In this document: piece by piece, positions 37,651-51,700 of the stretch
Numbering within the stretch: the stretch's first letter is position 1
Layout: each line of letters begins with the position of its first letter
NCBI RefSeq assembly: GCF_036365525.1
Contig: NC_090404.1
Location: 13,668,550-13,732,549, forward strand
DNA from: Heterodontus francisci
Lineage: Eukaryota
Length of the DNA stretch: 64,000 nt
Reading direction: 5' to 3'
Program-made: the position numbers and the translations under genes
Notes under the pieces: model-generated
Databases searched by the model: none
Seen by the model: the letters and a program-made list of their open reading frames with translations, nothing else
Told to the model about the DNA's origin: nothing

Positions 37651-38169
37651 TCCTCTGGTGTGAATTTCACAGAATGGTTACAGCGCTGAAAATGACTGTG
37701 TTAGGTATTCCACAAAGACAGTCCTGAGTCTACCAATTTAAGTGTTAATTTACTTCTAGTAAACCCATTTAAAATAATAAGAGCCAAATCCTGCGGATGC
37801 TGGAACTCTGAAATGAGAACTGAAAGTGCGGAAATACTCAACCGATCTGGCAGCATTTGTATAGAGAGAAACAGAGCTAACGTTTCAGGTCAGTGACCCT
37901 TTGTCAGTGAAAAGTTAGAGATGTAACAGGTTTTAAGCAAATTCAGAGGTCCAATCCTCCATCACCGCAATACTTCGTCCTCTTCCAACGCACCTTCCCA
38001 TGGAATCTCAGAAGGTGTAATACCTGCCCTTTTTGAGAGAAGATTCAATCGACTGAGTCCTGAGATGAGGGGTTTGTCTTATGAAGAAGGGTTGAGCAGG
38101 TTCAGCCTATACTCATTGGAACTTAGAAGAATGAGAAGTGATCTTATTGAAATAGTATGAAGGGTGAAT

Positions 38170-39570
38170 GCCGGGAGGAAGTTATCCTTGACGAACATAG
38201 GAGGAGTAGTAGGCCAGTCAGCCCATCGAGTCTGCCCCGCCATTCAAAATGTTCATATCCCCTTATGTCATTTGCATTTAGAAATCTGTCACTTTCTGCT
38301 TTAAACATACTCAATGACTGAGCTTCCACAGCCCTCCGGAGTAGAGAATTCCAAAGATTGACAACCCCCTGAGTAAAGAAATTTCTCCTCATCTCGGTCC
38401 TAAGTGGCTTCCCCCTTATCCTGAAATTGTGTACTCTGGTTCTAGACTCCTCAAGCAAGGAAAACATCTTAGCTGCATCTACCCGGTCTATCCCTTTAAG
38501 TATCTTGTGGGTTTCAATGAGACCACCTATCATTCTTCAAAACTCTAGAGAATACAGGCCAAGTTTCCCCAATCTCTCTTTATAGGACAGTCCCGCCAAC
38601 CAGGAACAAGTCTGGTAAACCTTCGTTGCATTCCTTCCATGGCACTAATATCCCTCCTAAGGTAAGTGGACCAAATTTGCACACAGTACTGCAAGTGCGG
38701 TCTAAACAAGGTTCTATACAATTGAAGCAAGACTTCACTACTCCTGTACTCAAATCCTCTTGCGATAAAGGCTAACATACCATTAGCCTTCCTAAGTGCT
38801 TGCTGCACATGCATGTTAGCTTTCAGTGACTTATCGACAAGGTTATCCAGGTCCCTTTGTATATCTACACTTTCTAATCTCTTACCATTTAAGAAATACT
38901 CTGCACATCTGCTCCTCCTACCGAAGTGGATAACTATACATTTTTCCAGATTATATTCCATCTGTCACGTTCTTGCCTACTCACTTAGGCTTCCTAACTC
39001 CTCTTGAAGCCTCTTTCCATCCTCCTCACAACTCACTTTCCCACCTAGTTTTGTGTCATTAGCAAACTTGGAAATATTATATTTGGTTCCCAAACCAAAA
39101 CCATTGATATAAATTGTGAATAGTTGGGGCCCAAGCACTGATCCTTGCGGTACCACATTAGGCACAGCCTTCCAACCTGAGAATGACCCGTTGATTCCTG
39201 CTCTTTATTTTCTGACTGTTAAATAATTGTTAATCAATACCAGTATATTACCCCAATCCCATGTGCTTTAATTTTCTTTACTAACCTCCTGTGTGGGACC
39301 TTATCAAAAGCCTTTTTGAAAATCCAAATACACCACAACCACTGGTTTGCCTTATCCATTCTGCTAGTTACATCCTCAAAACACTCTAACAGGTTTGGCA
39401 AACATGATTGCCCTTTCATCAATCCATATTTCCTATGCCCAATTCTATCATATGTTATAAATGTCTAGTTATTTCATCATGTATAATAGATTCTTGCATT
39501 TTCCCTCCTACTGATGTCAGGTTACAGGTCCGCAGTTCCTAATTTTCTCTCTCCCGCCTTTCTTAAATAT
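38170..39570 (-). mobile_element. CR1 LINE, 5'-truncated
   Basis: VPQGSVLGPQLF, KAFDKVPH; close paralog of 11780-13430. Confidence 0.92.
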
Positions 39571-40280
39571 TACACTCGGCCCTGCCTCAGTTTATATTGA
39601 ATTCAACCCTGTCGTTTTTGTATTAAAATAGACTCCATCTCTGTTTATATTGCACAATACTCTATCTCTGTTTATATTGCACTAGAAGCTGACTCAGTTC
39701 ATTTTTATCGAGTCCCTGTATCAGGAATCAATGCACTAGGCCCTGTCTCACTTTATTAATCTAGTTCCTGTATCAGTAATTCCTGTACTAGACCCTGTCT
39801 CAGTTTATATTAGTTTAGACCCTGTATTAGTAATTCTTACACTAGGCCCTGTATTAGTTTACTTTATTCCAGGTCCTGTAGTTTTGATAGCTTCACTTGA
39901 CCCTGTTTCAGTTATTGCTGTACTAGCTGGTGTTTCTGTTTACAATAAAATTGACCATTTATGTTTCTATTGCTCTCGATATTGTCTCTGTTTATATTAC
40001 ACATAGCCTTCACTCACTTCATATTGAAATGAATATTTTTTAATTTTATATTCCACTAGGCCACCGACAGTCCTAGTTTATATTACACTAGAACATGTGT
40101 AGATTATTACTGGGCTAGACGATGTCTCTGAGTATTTTACATTCAGCATTACCTCTCTATTATAATAAAATAGATGTTTTACAGTGCAGCAATAAATAAG
40201 ATAGGAACTAGTGTAATATAAAAAGAGACAGGATAGAGTGCACTTTTGACTGAGACAGGGCTGTGCAATATAACTTGAGA
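39570..40280. repeat. Degenerate 27-bp minisatellite; last units inverted
   Basis: TCTGTTTATATTGCACTAG units; CTAGTGTAATATAAAAAGAGACAG at ~40208. Confidence 0.7.
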
Positions 40281-40284
40281 CTGG

Positions 40285-41255
40285 GCCTTGTGCAGTAGGG
40301 AACACTTGATACAACTGTACAGGGCATTGGTGAGACTACACATAGAGTACTGCATAAAGTGTTGGTTTTCTTACTTAAGGAGAGATGTACTTGCATTGGA
40401 AGCAGTTCAGAGAAGTTTCACGAGGCTGATTCCTATTTATAAATTATTCATGAGATGTGGGTGTCACTGGCTAGGCAAATATTTGTTGCCCATCCGTACT
40501 TGCCCTTGAACTGAATGGCTTGCTCGGCCATTTCAGAGGGCATTTTAAGAGTCAACCACATTGCTGTTGGTCTGGAGTCATATGTAGGCCAGATCAGGTA
40601 AGGACGGCAGATTTCCTTCCCTAAAGGACATTAGTGAACTCGATGGGTTTCTGGAATAATCAATATGGTTTCATGGTCAACATAATACTATCATTTGTAA
40701 TTCCAGATTTATTAATTGAATTCGAATTGCACCATCTGCCGTGGCCATGTCCCCAGAGCACTAGTCTGGGCCTCTGGATTACTAGTCGAGTGACTGGGAT
40801 GAAGGGTTGTCGTATGAGAAATGGTTTAGCAGTTTGGCCTATGCTTATTGGAGTTTAGAAGAATAAGAGATGATCTTATTGAAACAAACAAATTCTGAGG
40901 GGGTTTGAAAGGGTAGATGCTGAGAGGATGTTTCCCCTCATGAAAGAATCTAAAACTAGGAGGCACAGTTTCAAAATAAAGGGTCTCCCATTTAAGACGG
41001 AGGTGAAGAGGAATTTCTTCTCTCAGAGAGTCGTTAGTGTTTGAAATGCTCTTCCCCAGAGCGCAGTGGAAACTGGGTCCTTGAATATATTCAAAGGTGA
41101 GTTAGACAAACTTTAGATCTACAAGAGAGTCAAGGGTAATGGTGGACAGGCAGGAAAGTGGAGTTAAGGCCACTATCAGATCAATCATAATCTTATTGAA
41201 TAGCGGAGCTAGCTCGAGGGGCCGATAAAGCTGCTCCTGCTCCTATTTCTTATGT
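40285..41255 (+). mobile_element. CR1 3' fragment interrupted by an antisense tRNA-derived SINE (40435-40790)
   Basis: LYRALVRLHIEYC; SINE is the reverse complement of the 44720-45055 family. Confidence 0.8.
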
Positions 41256-41257
41256 TT

Positions 41258-41310
41258 AGATAGACAGATAGGTAGGTAGATAGATAGATAGATAGATAGA
41301 TAGACAGACA
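41258..41310. repeat. (GATA)n microsatellite
   Basis: Direct reading. Confidence 0.9.
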
Positions 41311-41834
41311 GTGACAGTCTTATATATTAATACAAATAAAGATATATATTTGTGTGTGACGATTTAATTATTTTTGGTTGGAAGAATACGTTTAGTCTTG
41401 TGAATAACTATCAGCAGCTGTGTGCATTTCTAATTGTTCTGGTATTATGTGGGGAATATGTTGAAAGGATGGGATGAATCTTGTATCAATCTTCCATAGA
41501 TGAACTGGGATTGAGGACTAAAGGTGAACAACAGTGCACTGCACTTTACTCTACTTAGTGACAAACACTGTTGTGTTAAAGTTTACTAATTCAGATTTGA
41601 GTTGTACTGTGTCCATTGCTGAAAGTTTTTTTTTAATGTTAAGGATCTTTATTTCCTGCAGGATTTTCTGTTTAACTTTTGCTTGACCCACAGATTGTGC
41701 CGGACAGAGTGTTGAACCGTATCCTCACAGCACCACCAGATTGACTGCCGTAGGGTCCTAATGTCCACCCGATTATATCGCTCAACTGGTTAAGAGGTGC
41801 AACTGAAACCAGCTCACACAAAATGCTTTCTATA

Positions 41835-41920
41835 TGTGTGTGTGTGTGTGTGTGGCTTTGTGTATGTGGTGTGTGTGTGTGTGTGTGTCGGGGGGTGGGG
41901 GGGGGGGGGGCGGGGCGGGT
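41835..41920. repeat. (GT)n microsatellite and poly-G
   Basis: Direct reading. Confidence 0.9.
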
Positions 41921-42159
41921 GGTCGGGCGTGTCTATAATGCATAATTCTTAATTCTTGCAATGCATTGCACCAAGATAAGTGATCACATCCACCAAGTCT
42001 TTTTCAGCATTTTGTTCAATTTCAATTTATTCAAAATGCAATAACATTACAAATCGTTCAATAACGATGACAATTATTCACAACCTATTCTGTTATGTGC
42101 TCTTGTTCAGAAAGTGATCTCACACTGACCATTTCATTGCCCAGGCGAACACGTCGGTC

Positions 42160-42390
42160 ACCGAACTCACTGAACCTCTCTCTCAGACTGCAACGAACTC
42201 ACTGAACCTCTCTCCTCTCTCTCAACCACACCAAACTCATTGAACCGCCCTCCTTTCTCTCAGACTGAACTCACTGAATCTCTCTCCTCTCTCTCAGACT
42301 GAATTCACGGAACCTCTCTCCTATCTCTCTGACTGAACTCACTGAACCTCTCTCCCCCCCTCTCCCCCACCCTCTCCTCCTCTCTCAGAC
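42160..42390. repeat. ~35-40 bp tandem repeat
   Basis: GAACTCACTGAACCTCTCTCCTCTCTCTCAGACT units. Confidence 0.85.
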
Positions 42391-43669
42391 AGACCCTGAC
42401 TCACTTAGAATATCCTATTTTCTAATAACTCTCTTTGGGGAAAATTTGCTTTGTTAATTTTCCCTCATTTCCCCCAGTGATCATCCTCAATCCATCTCCC
42501 CTTCAGTGAATACATTGAAACCCAAATAAACTCATGCGTCTTATTCTTTGAAATGTAAATGGAGGTTAATGCAATGTTGAGACCAGAAACAATCTGTGTG
42601 CTGGTTCTTAGTGCTGTCAGAGTAAATCCACCCTCACAGGCAGGAAGACTGTTCATGGTGATAACATGAAACTGACGACTGCTATTTCATTCTCAGGCAG
42701 CACAACTTCCTGTTTCTCTGCTGCCGGTTCCAAACCACACATCTCACTTCTGAGCAGAAAATGAATTCAGTGTCCACAATCTGGTGGAAATATCTGCCAA
42801 GGGGGCCTATATCTGGCCGCAGTGTCAGTGCAGAGTCACACAGATCACATTGTGGTGACATTTGCAAATAAACCTGTTGTTTCTGTTTCGAGTCTTCATT
42901 CCTGGAAAGAACTGGCAGTGTCTGTGGATCAGTCACTGAGCTCCCTGGAGCTGGTAGTTTGCTCTCTTTCCATTTATATCATTCTCTCTGCGTGTTCCTA
43001 GTTCCCTCCATTTCTCAGCTTTTATCTCCAACAATCTCGTGTTTATGTCTTTTTTAAAGTCTCTCTCAGTCTTTATCTCGTTCTCGCGTATCTCCCTCCA
43101 CCTGCATGTTTTCCCATTTAAAAGCTGTGTTCAAAATAATGAGGGATTTTGATAGATTATATGAGGAGCAACAAGGGTTCTCTTCCTTAGAGCAGGGAAG
43201 ATTAAGGGGAGATTTAATAGAAGTGAGCAAAATCAGGAAGGAGTTTTGATGGCGTTGATATGGGGAAACTGTTTCCAATAGCAGGAGGTGTTGTAACCAG
43301 AGGGCACAGAGACTTAAGGTATTTTGAAACGGAACCAGCGGGGAAAATGATGAGAATTTTTTTTTTTAACACTGCGATTCGTTGTAATCTGGAATGCACA
43401 GCCTTCAAGGGCGCTGGAAGCAGGTTGAACAGTAACTTTCAAAGGGAATTTGATAAATACCTGATGGGGAGCAAATTGGCAGCGTTATGGGGAATAGGAC
43501 TAATTTGACAGCTCACTCATTTTCGCAGTGCTCTGAATTTCCCTGTGGTGAGGTTATGAAGGTTGCTTTTTCAGTCATAATGTGCCTTAAACAGAAGAAT
43601 TAAAACATTAGTTTCTATAAACTGTCAGATTCGGCACCTCTGTGTAACACGGCGACTGCAAAAAAGAAA

Positions 43670-44110
43670 AAGAAAGTCTTGCATTTATATCGCGCTTTTC
43701 ACGATCACCGGATGTCTCAAAACGCTTTAAAGCCAATAAAGTACTTTTGAAGTGTGGTTACTGTTGGAATGTAGAAAACACAGCAGCCAATTTGCAAACA
43801 GCAAACAGCTCTGTGATAATGATCAGATAATCAGTTATTGGGATGTTGATTCAGGGATAATTATTGGCCAAGACACAAGGCTCCCTTGATCTTTTTTCCA
43901 AATAGTACCATTTTACATTCATCCAAGCAAGTGGACAGAGCCTCTGTTTAACATCTCATCTGAAAGACAGCACCTCTGCCACATCAACATTCCCTCAGTA
44001 GTGCAGTGCGGTGTCAGTTTTGATTTTGTGCTCAAGCCCTGGAGTGGGTCTTGAACGCGGAAGTTTGTGACACAGAGGCGAGTGCGTTGCCAATTGAGGA
44101 ACAGCTAACA
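43670..44110 (-). mobile_element. SacSINE1/DeuSINE-type SINE
   Basis: CTTGCATTTATATCGCGCTTTTCA tail; GTACTTTTGAAGTGT..GCAGCCAATTTGC Deu-like core. Confidence 0.75.
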
Positions 44111-44719
44111 GCTGCAGAAGGATGAGAAGGAACAGATTATTTTCGGTTCCTCTGAGAGATGCAGTATTATCATATCAGATATCAGAAAACTCTGGAGTCC
44201 GCCATGTCTTCATGGTCACCCACTTTTGTGTATCAGCCCTTAGTCAGGAGGAGTCGGTCACACATGCCTCTGTCATGTTGGTTCCACTTTTATTGTATCA
44301 CGCAAATCCCTGATTCACTCACCATAACACAGAAGCCCGCACCAGGCCCAAAACATCATTGTGCCCCTGCACCTTGTCTTCCTATTGCAATCTGGCGTTT
44401 ATTAGCGCCCCCTCTCAATGTAAGACTACCTGCACTAAAAGCAGCCTCTGTTATTGATACATTGGAGCCAGCCTCTGGGATTATTATCATACCACTCTGC
44501 CCTGGGCCCTGCAGTGGTAAGTTCCTTCACAAAAAAAGGGTGAAGAGATTTTTTTGTATGAGTGGGCAGCACATTAAACCTGTGATGATGTCTTGGAAAC
44601 GCTTGCCTCGCTGGATGGAGAAACTGTCCAGAAATGTTCTGTCTTCCATTCCACTCACTCCTCCTGAATCGAAGAAAATAGTGAGCAAAAGAGCAGAAAG
44701 ACTTGCATTCACACTGGCA

Positions 44720-45055
44720 CCGGGGGAGGCGGTGGCGCAGTGTTAATGCCACTGGGCTAGTAATTCAGAACCCCAGCTAATGCTCTGGGGCGAAGGGTTC
44801 GAATCCCGCTATGACAGATGGCACAATCTGAATTCACTTAATAAATCTGGAATTAAAAGCTAGTCTAATTATGGCCATGAAACCATTATCAATTGTTGTT
44901 TAAAAACCCATCTGGTTCACTCATGTTCTGTAGAGAAGGAAATCGTACCTGGTCTGACCAACATGTGATTTCCGACCCATTCAATTCAAGGGCAATTAGC
45001 GATGGGGCAATAAATGCTGGCCTAGTCAGCAGATCACGCAAACGAATTTAAAAAA
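44720..45055 (+). mobile_element. tRNA-derived SINE
   Basis: A box GGTGGCGCAGTG; B box GGTTCGAATCCC; 3' AATAAATGCTGGCCTAG. Confidence 0.8.
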
Positions 45056-45269
45056 AGGAGCATCGGTCTAGATTATGTGGTCGAGTCTCTGGAGTGGAAC
45101 TTCAACCCACAACCGTCAGATTCAGGGGTGAGAGCGTCACCAACCAGTCAATATCTGACAGAATCTCCAAGATTCGGAGAGAAGCAGCGGGAGAGGAGGA
45201 GCGGGGTTCAATTTAATTCAAAAAGCGCGCCAAAAACTTGGAAAGGAGGAGCGGGAGGTTTGGAGGCAA

Positions 45270-48190
45270 ATAGAAAAGTGACGTCACAATCAACAGAGAG
45301 TGTGGGTAACGGAAAGCAGGCCGGGGTAAGTATACCAGTCATCTTTTAATTTAATCTAAGTTAATCATATATAAAATAAGACCATATATGTATAGAGAGA
45401 GGGACCAGCAGGGAGGGTGTTGGTTCAAATTAGGAGCTGGGAAATTAACATTTTTTCAATCGTCGTGTTGCAACAGTAAGTGTTATAATCGGAGTATAAA
45501 GTCAGAGCAGGACTAGAAGTATTAATTATAATTGATTGTTTAAACAGGTACTTTTAATTTAATTTTTAATTTAAATCAAATATAGCATCAATCACCCAAA
45601 TATTTAACATCCAAATTAATTAATTAAATATAATAGAGATGGCTGAGCGGGCGATCTGTTATCGCTGTAGTATGTGAGAGCTGGTGGACGCTGGTGCGAT
45701 CCACGGTGGCCACATCTGCAGCAAGTGTTGGCTGCTGGAGGACCTTCGGCTCAGAGTTGATGAGCTGGAGTTCGAGCTGTGGACACTGCGACACATCAGG
45801 GAGGGGGAGAGTTACCTGGACACTGTGTTTGAGGAGACTGTCACACCCCTTAGATTAATTACATCAAATTTGGACCGTGGTCAGGGACAGGAGGGTGTGA
45901 CTACGATTGAGGCAGGTATGGGAATCCAAAATTTTGCTTTGGAGGAGACTCAGCCAGCGTCCTTATCCAATAGGTATGAGGTTCTTGCTCCTGTTGTGGA
46001 CGAGGGCACAGACTGCAGGGAGGATGAGCGACCTGACCACAGCACCATGGTTCAGAGTGCCTTTCAAGTGGGGGGAGAAAAGAGAAATATAGTAATAACA
46101 GGGGATAGCATAGTTAGGGGAATAGATACTGTTCTCTGCAGCAAAGACAGGGAGTCCTGAAGGCTGTGCTGCCTATCTGGTGCCAAGGTTAAGGACATCG
46201 CTTCTGGGCTGGAGAGGAATTTGGAGTGGGAGGGGAAAGATTCAGTTGTCGTGGTCCATGTAGGTACCAACGACATAGGCAGGACTAGGAAAGAGGCTCT
46301 GTTGAGGGACTCTGAGCAACTCGGGGCTAAATTAAAAAGCAAAATCTCAAAGTTAATAATCTCTGGATTATGACCTGAGCCACGTGCAAATTGGCAAAGG
46401 GTAAATAAGATTAGAGAGGTAAACACATGGCTCAAAGATTGATGTGGGAGCAATGGGTTCTGATTCATGGGGCACTGGGGAAGGAGACAGCTGTTCCATT
46501 GGGATGGGCTTCATTTGAACCATGCTGGGAGCAGTGTCCTGGCGAATTGTATAGCTAGGGTTGAAGATAGGATGTTAAACTAATTAGTGCGGGGGAGGTT
46601 TCAATTCAAGGGAATTTAAAAAAGTCGAAAAGAAATGAGAGAGCAGAGGTGCAGGGTAGTGAAGAGGTGAACGGTAATCAAAGTGTGACAGGAGGGGGAA
46701 GAAAATATAAGCAGAATGAGTAATAATGCTGAAATGTCAAAGCTCTTTATCTGAACGTAAGAAGCATTTTTTTTTAGAGATACAACACTGAAACAGGGCC
46801 TTCGGCTCACCGAGTCAATGCTGACCAACAACCACCCATTTATGCTAACCCTACATTAATCCCATATTGCCTACCACATACCCACCATTCTCCTACCACC
46901 TACCTACACTAGAGGCAGTTTACAATGGCCAATTTACCTATCAACCTACAAGTCTGTGGCAGTGGTAGGAAACCGGAGCACACAGCAGAGATCCACGTGG
47001 TCACAAAGAGAACTTACAAATTCCGCACAGGCAGTACTCAGAACTGAACACGGATTTCTGGAGCTGTGAGGCTGCGGTGCTAACCACTGCGCCATTGTGC
47101 CACCCCATTTATAACAAGGTAGATGAATTGACGGCACAAATAGAAATAAATGAATATGACTTGATAGCTATTACAGAGATGTGGTTGCAGGCTGACTAAG
47201 TCTGGGAACTCCACATTCAAGGGTATTCGACGCTCTGGAATAATAGGCAAAAAGGCAAAGGAGGTGGGGTAGCTTTGTTAATAAAGGAAGGTATCAGTGC
47301 TGTGGTGAGTAGTGACATAGGTGCAATAGATCGTGATGTGGAATCAGTTTGGGTGGAAATAAGGAATAGCAGGTATTCATGGGTGGGAGTCGTCTGTAGG
47401 TCACCGAGGAGTTGCCTCACTGTAGAACAAAGTATAATTCAGAAAATAATGGAGGCCTGTAAGAAAGGCACTACAATTTTCATGGGTGATTTTAATCTGC
47501 ATATTGACTGGACAAATCAAATTGGCAGAGGTAACATGGAAGACGAATTTGTAGAGTGCATCAGGGATTGTTACATAGAGCAATAGGCAGAACCTACCCG
47601 GGAACAGGCTATTTTAGATCGAGCAATGTGTAATGAGGTAGGATTAATAAGAGATATCATAGTTAAGGATCCTCTAGGTGGTAGCAATCAAAACATTATA
47701 GAATTTCAAATTCAGGTTGAGGGCGAGCAACTCGGTCCTCAACTTAAACAAGGGCAATTACGAAGGTATAAAGAAAGAGTTGTCTAAAGTGGGCTGGGAA
47801 AATATACTAAGGGGAAGGTCAGTGGATCGGCAGTGGCAGACATTTAAGCAGATATTTCATAACGTTCACAAAAATTTATCTCGGTCAAAAAGAAGGACTC
47901 GATGAGAAGGATGAACCATGCATGGTTAACAAAGGCGGTCAAGGAGAGTATCTAATCAATAACTAAGGCATACAAAGTGGCAAACACTAGTAGTAGGCCA
48001 GAGGATTGAGAATTTTTAGGAACCAGCAGCGGATGACTAAATAGCTAATAAAGAGGGAGAAAAATGATTATGAAAGTAAATTGGCAAGAAATATAAAAGC
48101 AAACAGCAAAAGCTTCTAAGGGTATATAAAAAGAGAGTGGGCAAAATGAGCGTGGGACCCTTGGAGGATGCAAGGAGAATTGATAACGGG
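45270..48190 (+). mobile_element. CR1 LINE 5' half (5'UTR, ORF1 with zinc-finger/esterase, APE endonuclease), degenerate
   Basis: ICSKCWLLEDLRLRVDELE, GDSIVRGID, HVGTND, MGDFNLHIDW. Confidence 0.9.
46775..47105 (-). mobile_element. Full-length HE1/V-SINE inserted in CR1
   Basis: Reverse complement of GGCACAATGGCGCAGTGGTTAGCAC head, V-domain-like body, CR1-like tail; CATTT on both flanks. Confidence 0.85.
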
Positions 48191-51110
48191 GAATCATACA
48201 AGAGTAGGTAAATTTGATAAAAGAACAAACTTAATGGATTTGTATCTGAATGCACGAAGCATCCGGAATAAAAATAATGAGTTAACAGCGCAAATAGAGA
48301 TGAATGGGTATGATTTAGAGGCGATTACTGAGACGTGGTTGCAGGGAAACCAGGTTTGGGAATTGAATATCCAAGGGTACTCAGTATTTCAGAAGGATAG
48401 GCAGGAAGGAAAAGGAGGTGGTGTAGCTTTGTTAGTAAAGAAAGAGATAAGTGCTGTAGTGAGAAATGATATAGGCACTGTAGAGCAAGACATAGAATCA
48501 GTCTGGGTAGAAATAAAAATAGCAAGGGAAAGAAGTCCCTGGTGGGAGTAATCTATAGGTCCCCAAACAGTAGTTCTACAGTGGGGACAGTATAAACCAG
48601 GAAATACTGGGGGCCTGTAAGAAAGGTGCAGCAATAATCATAGGTGATTTTAATATGCATATAGACTGGATTAATTAAATTGACAAGGGTAGCCTCGAGG
48701 GAGAGTTCATTGAATGCATTAGAGATTGTTTTTTGGAGCAATATGTTGTGGAACCAACCAGGAACAGGCTATTCTAGATTTGGTATTATGTAATGTGGTG
48801 GGATTAATTAATGATCTCGTAGTTAAGGATCCTCGAGCGAAGAGTGATCAGAGCATGGTAGAATTTCAAATTCAGTTTGAGAGCGTGAAACTGGAGTCCC
48901 ACAGTAGCGTTCCGGAGTTAAACAAAGGTAATTACATAGGCATGAGGACTGACTTGGCCCTAGTGGACTGGGCAGGAAGACTAAAAGGTAGGACAGTTGA
49001 TGAGCAGTGGCAGATGTTTAAGGAGATATTCAATTCCTCCCAACTAAAATATATTCCAGAGAGGAAGAAAGATTGTAAGAGGGGGAAAACATTCATGGCT
49101 AAGCAAGGAAGTTAAGGATAACATAAAGACAAAAACTAAGACTTACCATATTACCAAGGCCACTAGCAGGCTGGAAGATTGGGAAACTTTTAAAGATAAA
49201 CAAAGGGTTACTAAAAAAGTAATAAAAAGCGCAAAGGTAAATTATGAAAGAAAACTAGCACAAAATATAAAAACAGATAACAAAAGCTTCTATAAGTATA
49301 TAAAAGGTAAGAGAGTAGCTAACGTGAATGTTGGTCCCTTGGAGGATGTGACTGGGGAGTTAATAGTGGGGAACACAGAAATGGCGGAGACACTAAATCA
49401 GTATCGTGCCTTAGTTTTCACGGTGGAGGACACTAGTACCATCCCAATAGTAACAGGTAATGCAGATGTTATAGAAAGGGAGGAACTTAGAACAATCATC
49501 ATCACGAGGGAAAAAAGTACTGAGCAAACTATTGGGATTGAAGGAAAACAAGTCCCCAGGGCCTGATGGCCTACATCCTAGGGTCTTCAAGGAAGTGGCA
49601 GCGGAGATAGTGGATGCATTGGTTATAATATTCCAAAATTCCCTGGATACGGGACTGGTTCCTGTGGATTGTAACAATGCTAATATAACGCCCCTATTCA
49701 AAAAGGGAGGGAGGCAGAAAGTAGGAAACTATAAACCAGTTAGTTTAACATCTGTTGTTGGGAAATTTTTAGAATCCATTATTAAGGAAGTAATAACAGG
49801 ACATTTAGAAATTCAAAACACAATCCATCAGAGTCAGCATGATTTTATGAAGGGTAAATCTCGTTTGACTGATTTGCTAGAGTTCTTCGAAGATGTAACA
49901 AGTAAAGCAGAAAATGAGGATCCTGTAGATGTAGTATATCTGGACTTCCAGAAGGCATTTGATAAGGTGCCACACAAAGGTTAATACACAAGGTAAGATC
50001 ACATGGGGTTAGGGGCAATTTATTAGCTTGGATAGAGGATTGGCTAACCAACAGAAAGCAGAGAGTCGGGATAAATGGCTCCTTTTCTGGTTGGCAAGAT
50101 GTAACTAGTGGGGTGCCACAGGGTTCGGTCCTCGGGCCGTAACTATTTGCAAACTATATTAATGACTTGGATGCAGGGAAAGAAGGGACTATAGCAAATG
50201 ACACTAAAATAGTTGGGATAGTAAGTTGCAATTAAGAAATAAGAAATTTACAATTGGATATGGATAGGTTAGATGAATGGGCCAAAATTGGGCCGATGGA
50301 GTTTAACGTGGATAAGTGTGAGGTTATCCACTTTGGTCAGAAGAATAGAAAGGCAAAGTATTATCTAAATGGAGAGAAACTTCAGAGTGCTTCGGTACAG
50401 ATGGATCTGGGTGTCCTCGTGCATGAATTGCAGAAAGCTAGTATGCAGGTGCAGCAGGTAATAAGGAGGAAAATGGAATTTTGGCATTTATTGCTAAAGG
50501 AATAGAGTATAAAAGTAGGGATGTGTTGCTGCAACTGTACAAGGCATTAGTGAGACCACACCTGGAGTATTACGTACAGTTTTGGTCCTCTTACTTGAGG
50601 AGGGATGTAGTTACATTGGAGGCAGTTCAGACGAGGTTCAGTAGCTTGATTCCAGAGATGAGGAGTTTATCTTATGAAGAGAGATTGAGCAGTTTAGGCC
50701 TTTACTCTCTAGAGTTCAGAAGAATGAGAAGAGATCCAATTGAGGTATATAAGATTATTAAGGGGATTGAGAAAGTAGACGTAGAGAGGATTTTTCCTCT
50801 GGTGGGGCAATCTAGAACAAGAGTTATAGGATAAGGGGTAGCATATTTAAAACAGAGATTGGGAGAAATTACTTCTCTCAAAGTGTTTTGAGTCTGTGGA
50901 ATTCATAACCCCAGAGGACGGTGGATCCGGGACATTGAGTAAATTTAAGGAGGAGATAGACAGATTTTTAATTAGTAAAGGATTGAAGGCTTATGGAGAA
51001 CGAGCAGGAAAGTGGAGTTGAGGCCGAGATGAGATCAGCTATGATCGTATTGAATGGTGCAGCAGGCTCGAGGAGCTGAATTGCTTACTCCTGCTCTTAG
51101 TTCATATGTT
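48190..51110 (+). mobile_element. CR1 LINE ORF2 (APE+RT) to 3' end, degenerate
   Basis: YLNARSI, ITETWL, KSPGPDGLHPR, YLDFQKAFDKVPH, (TTCTTATG)-like tail. Confidence 0.93.
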
Positions 51111-51700
51111 CTTATGAACAGGGAAATGGCAGGTAATATAAACCAATATTTTGTATCGGTCTTCACGGTGGAGGACACTATAAACATCCCACAGACATCA
51201 GATAAGCAAGGACGTAATGGGAGGAAAAATCTTGTAACATTCTCTAAAACGAGGGACAAAGTATTTGACAAGCTAATGGGACTAAAGGCAGACAGGTCGC
51301 CAGGACCTGATGGCCTGTATCCAAGGGGTTTAAGGAAAGTGATTGCAAAGATAGTGGAGGCATTGGTCAAAATATTCCAGAACTCACTGGATTCCGGGAA
51401 GATCTCAATAGCTTGGAAAACCACTAATGTGCCGCCCCTGTTGAAGAAGGAAGGGAGACAAAAAACAGAAAACTGTAGGCCAGCCAGCCTAACATCGGTC
51501 GTTGGGAAAATGCTAGGCTACATTATTAAGGAAGAAATAGCAGGACATTTAGAAAAGCTTAACGTAATCAAACAGAGTCAACATGGTTTTTTGAAAGGGC
51601 AATCATGTTTGACAACTTTTCTAGAGTTCTTTGAGGATATAACAAGCAGAGTTAATAAAGGGGAACTGGCAGATGTAGTGTATTTGGATTTCCAGAAGGC
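51110..51700 (+). mobile_element. CR1 internal RT fragment, 3'-truncated at the IgM exon
   Basis: [21 protein letters not shown] then abrupt switch. Confidence 0.9.

Noticed and set aside
44159-44746. 195-aa plus-strand ORF as a gene
   Set aside because: No recognisable domain; ends in a SINE
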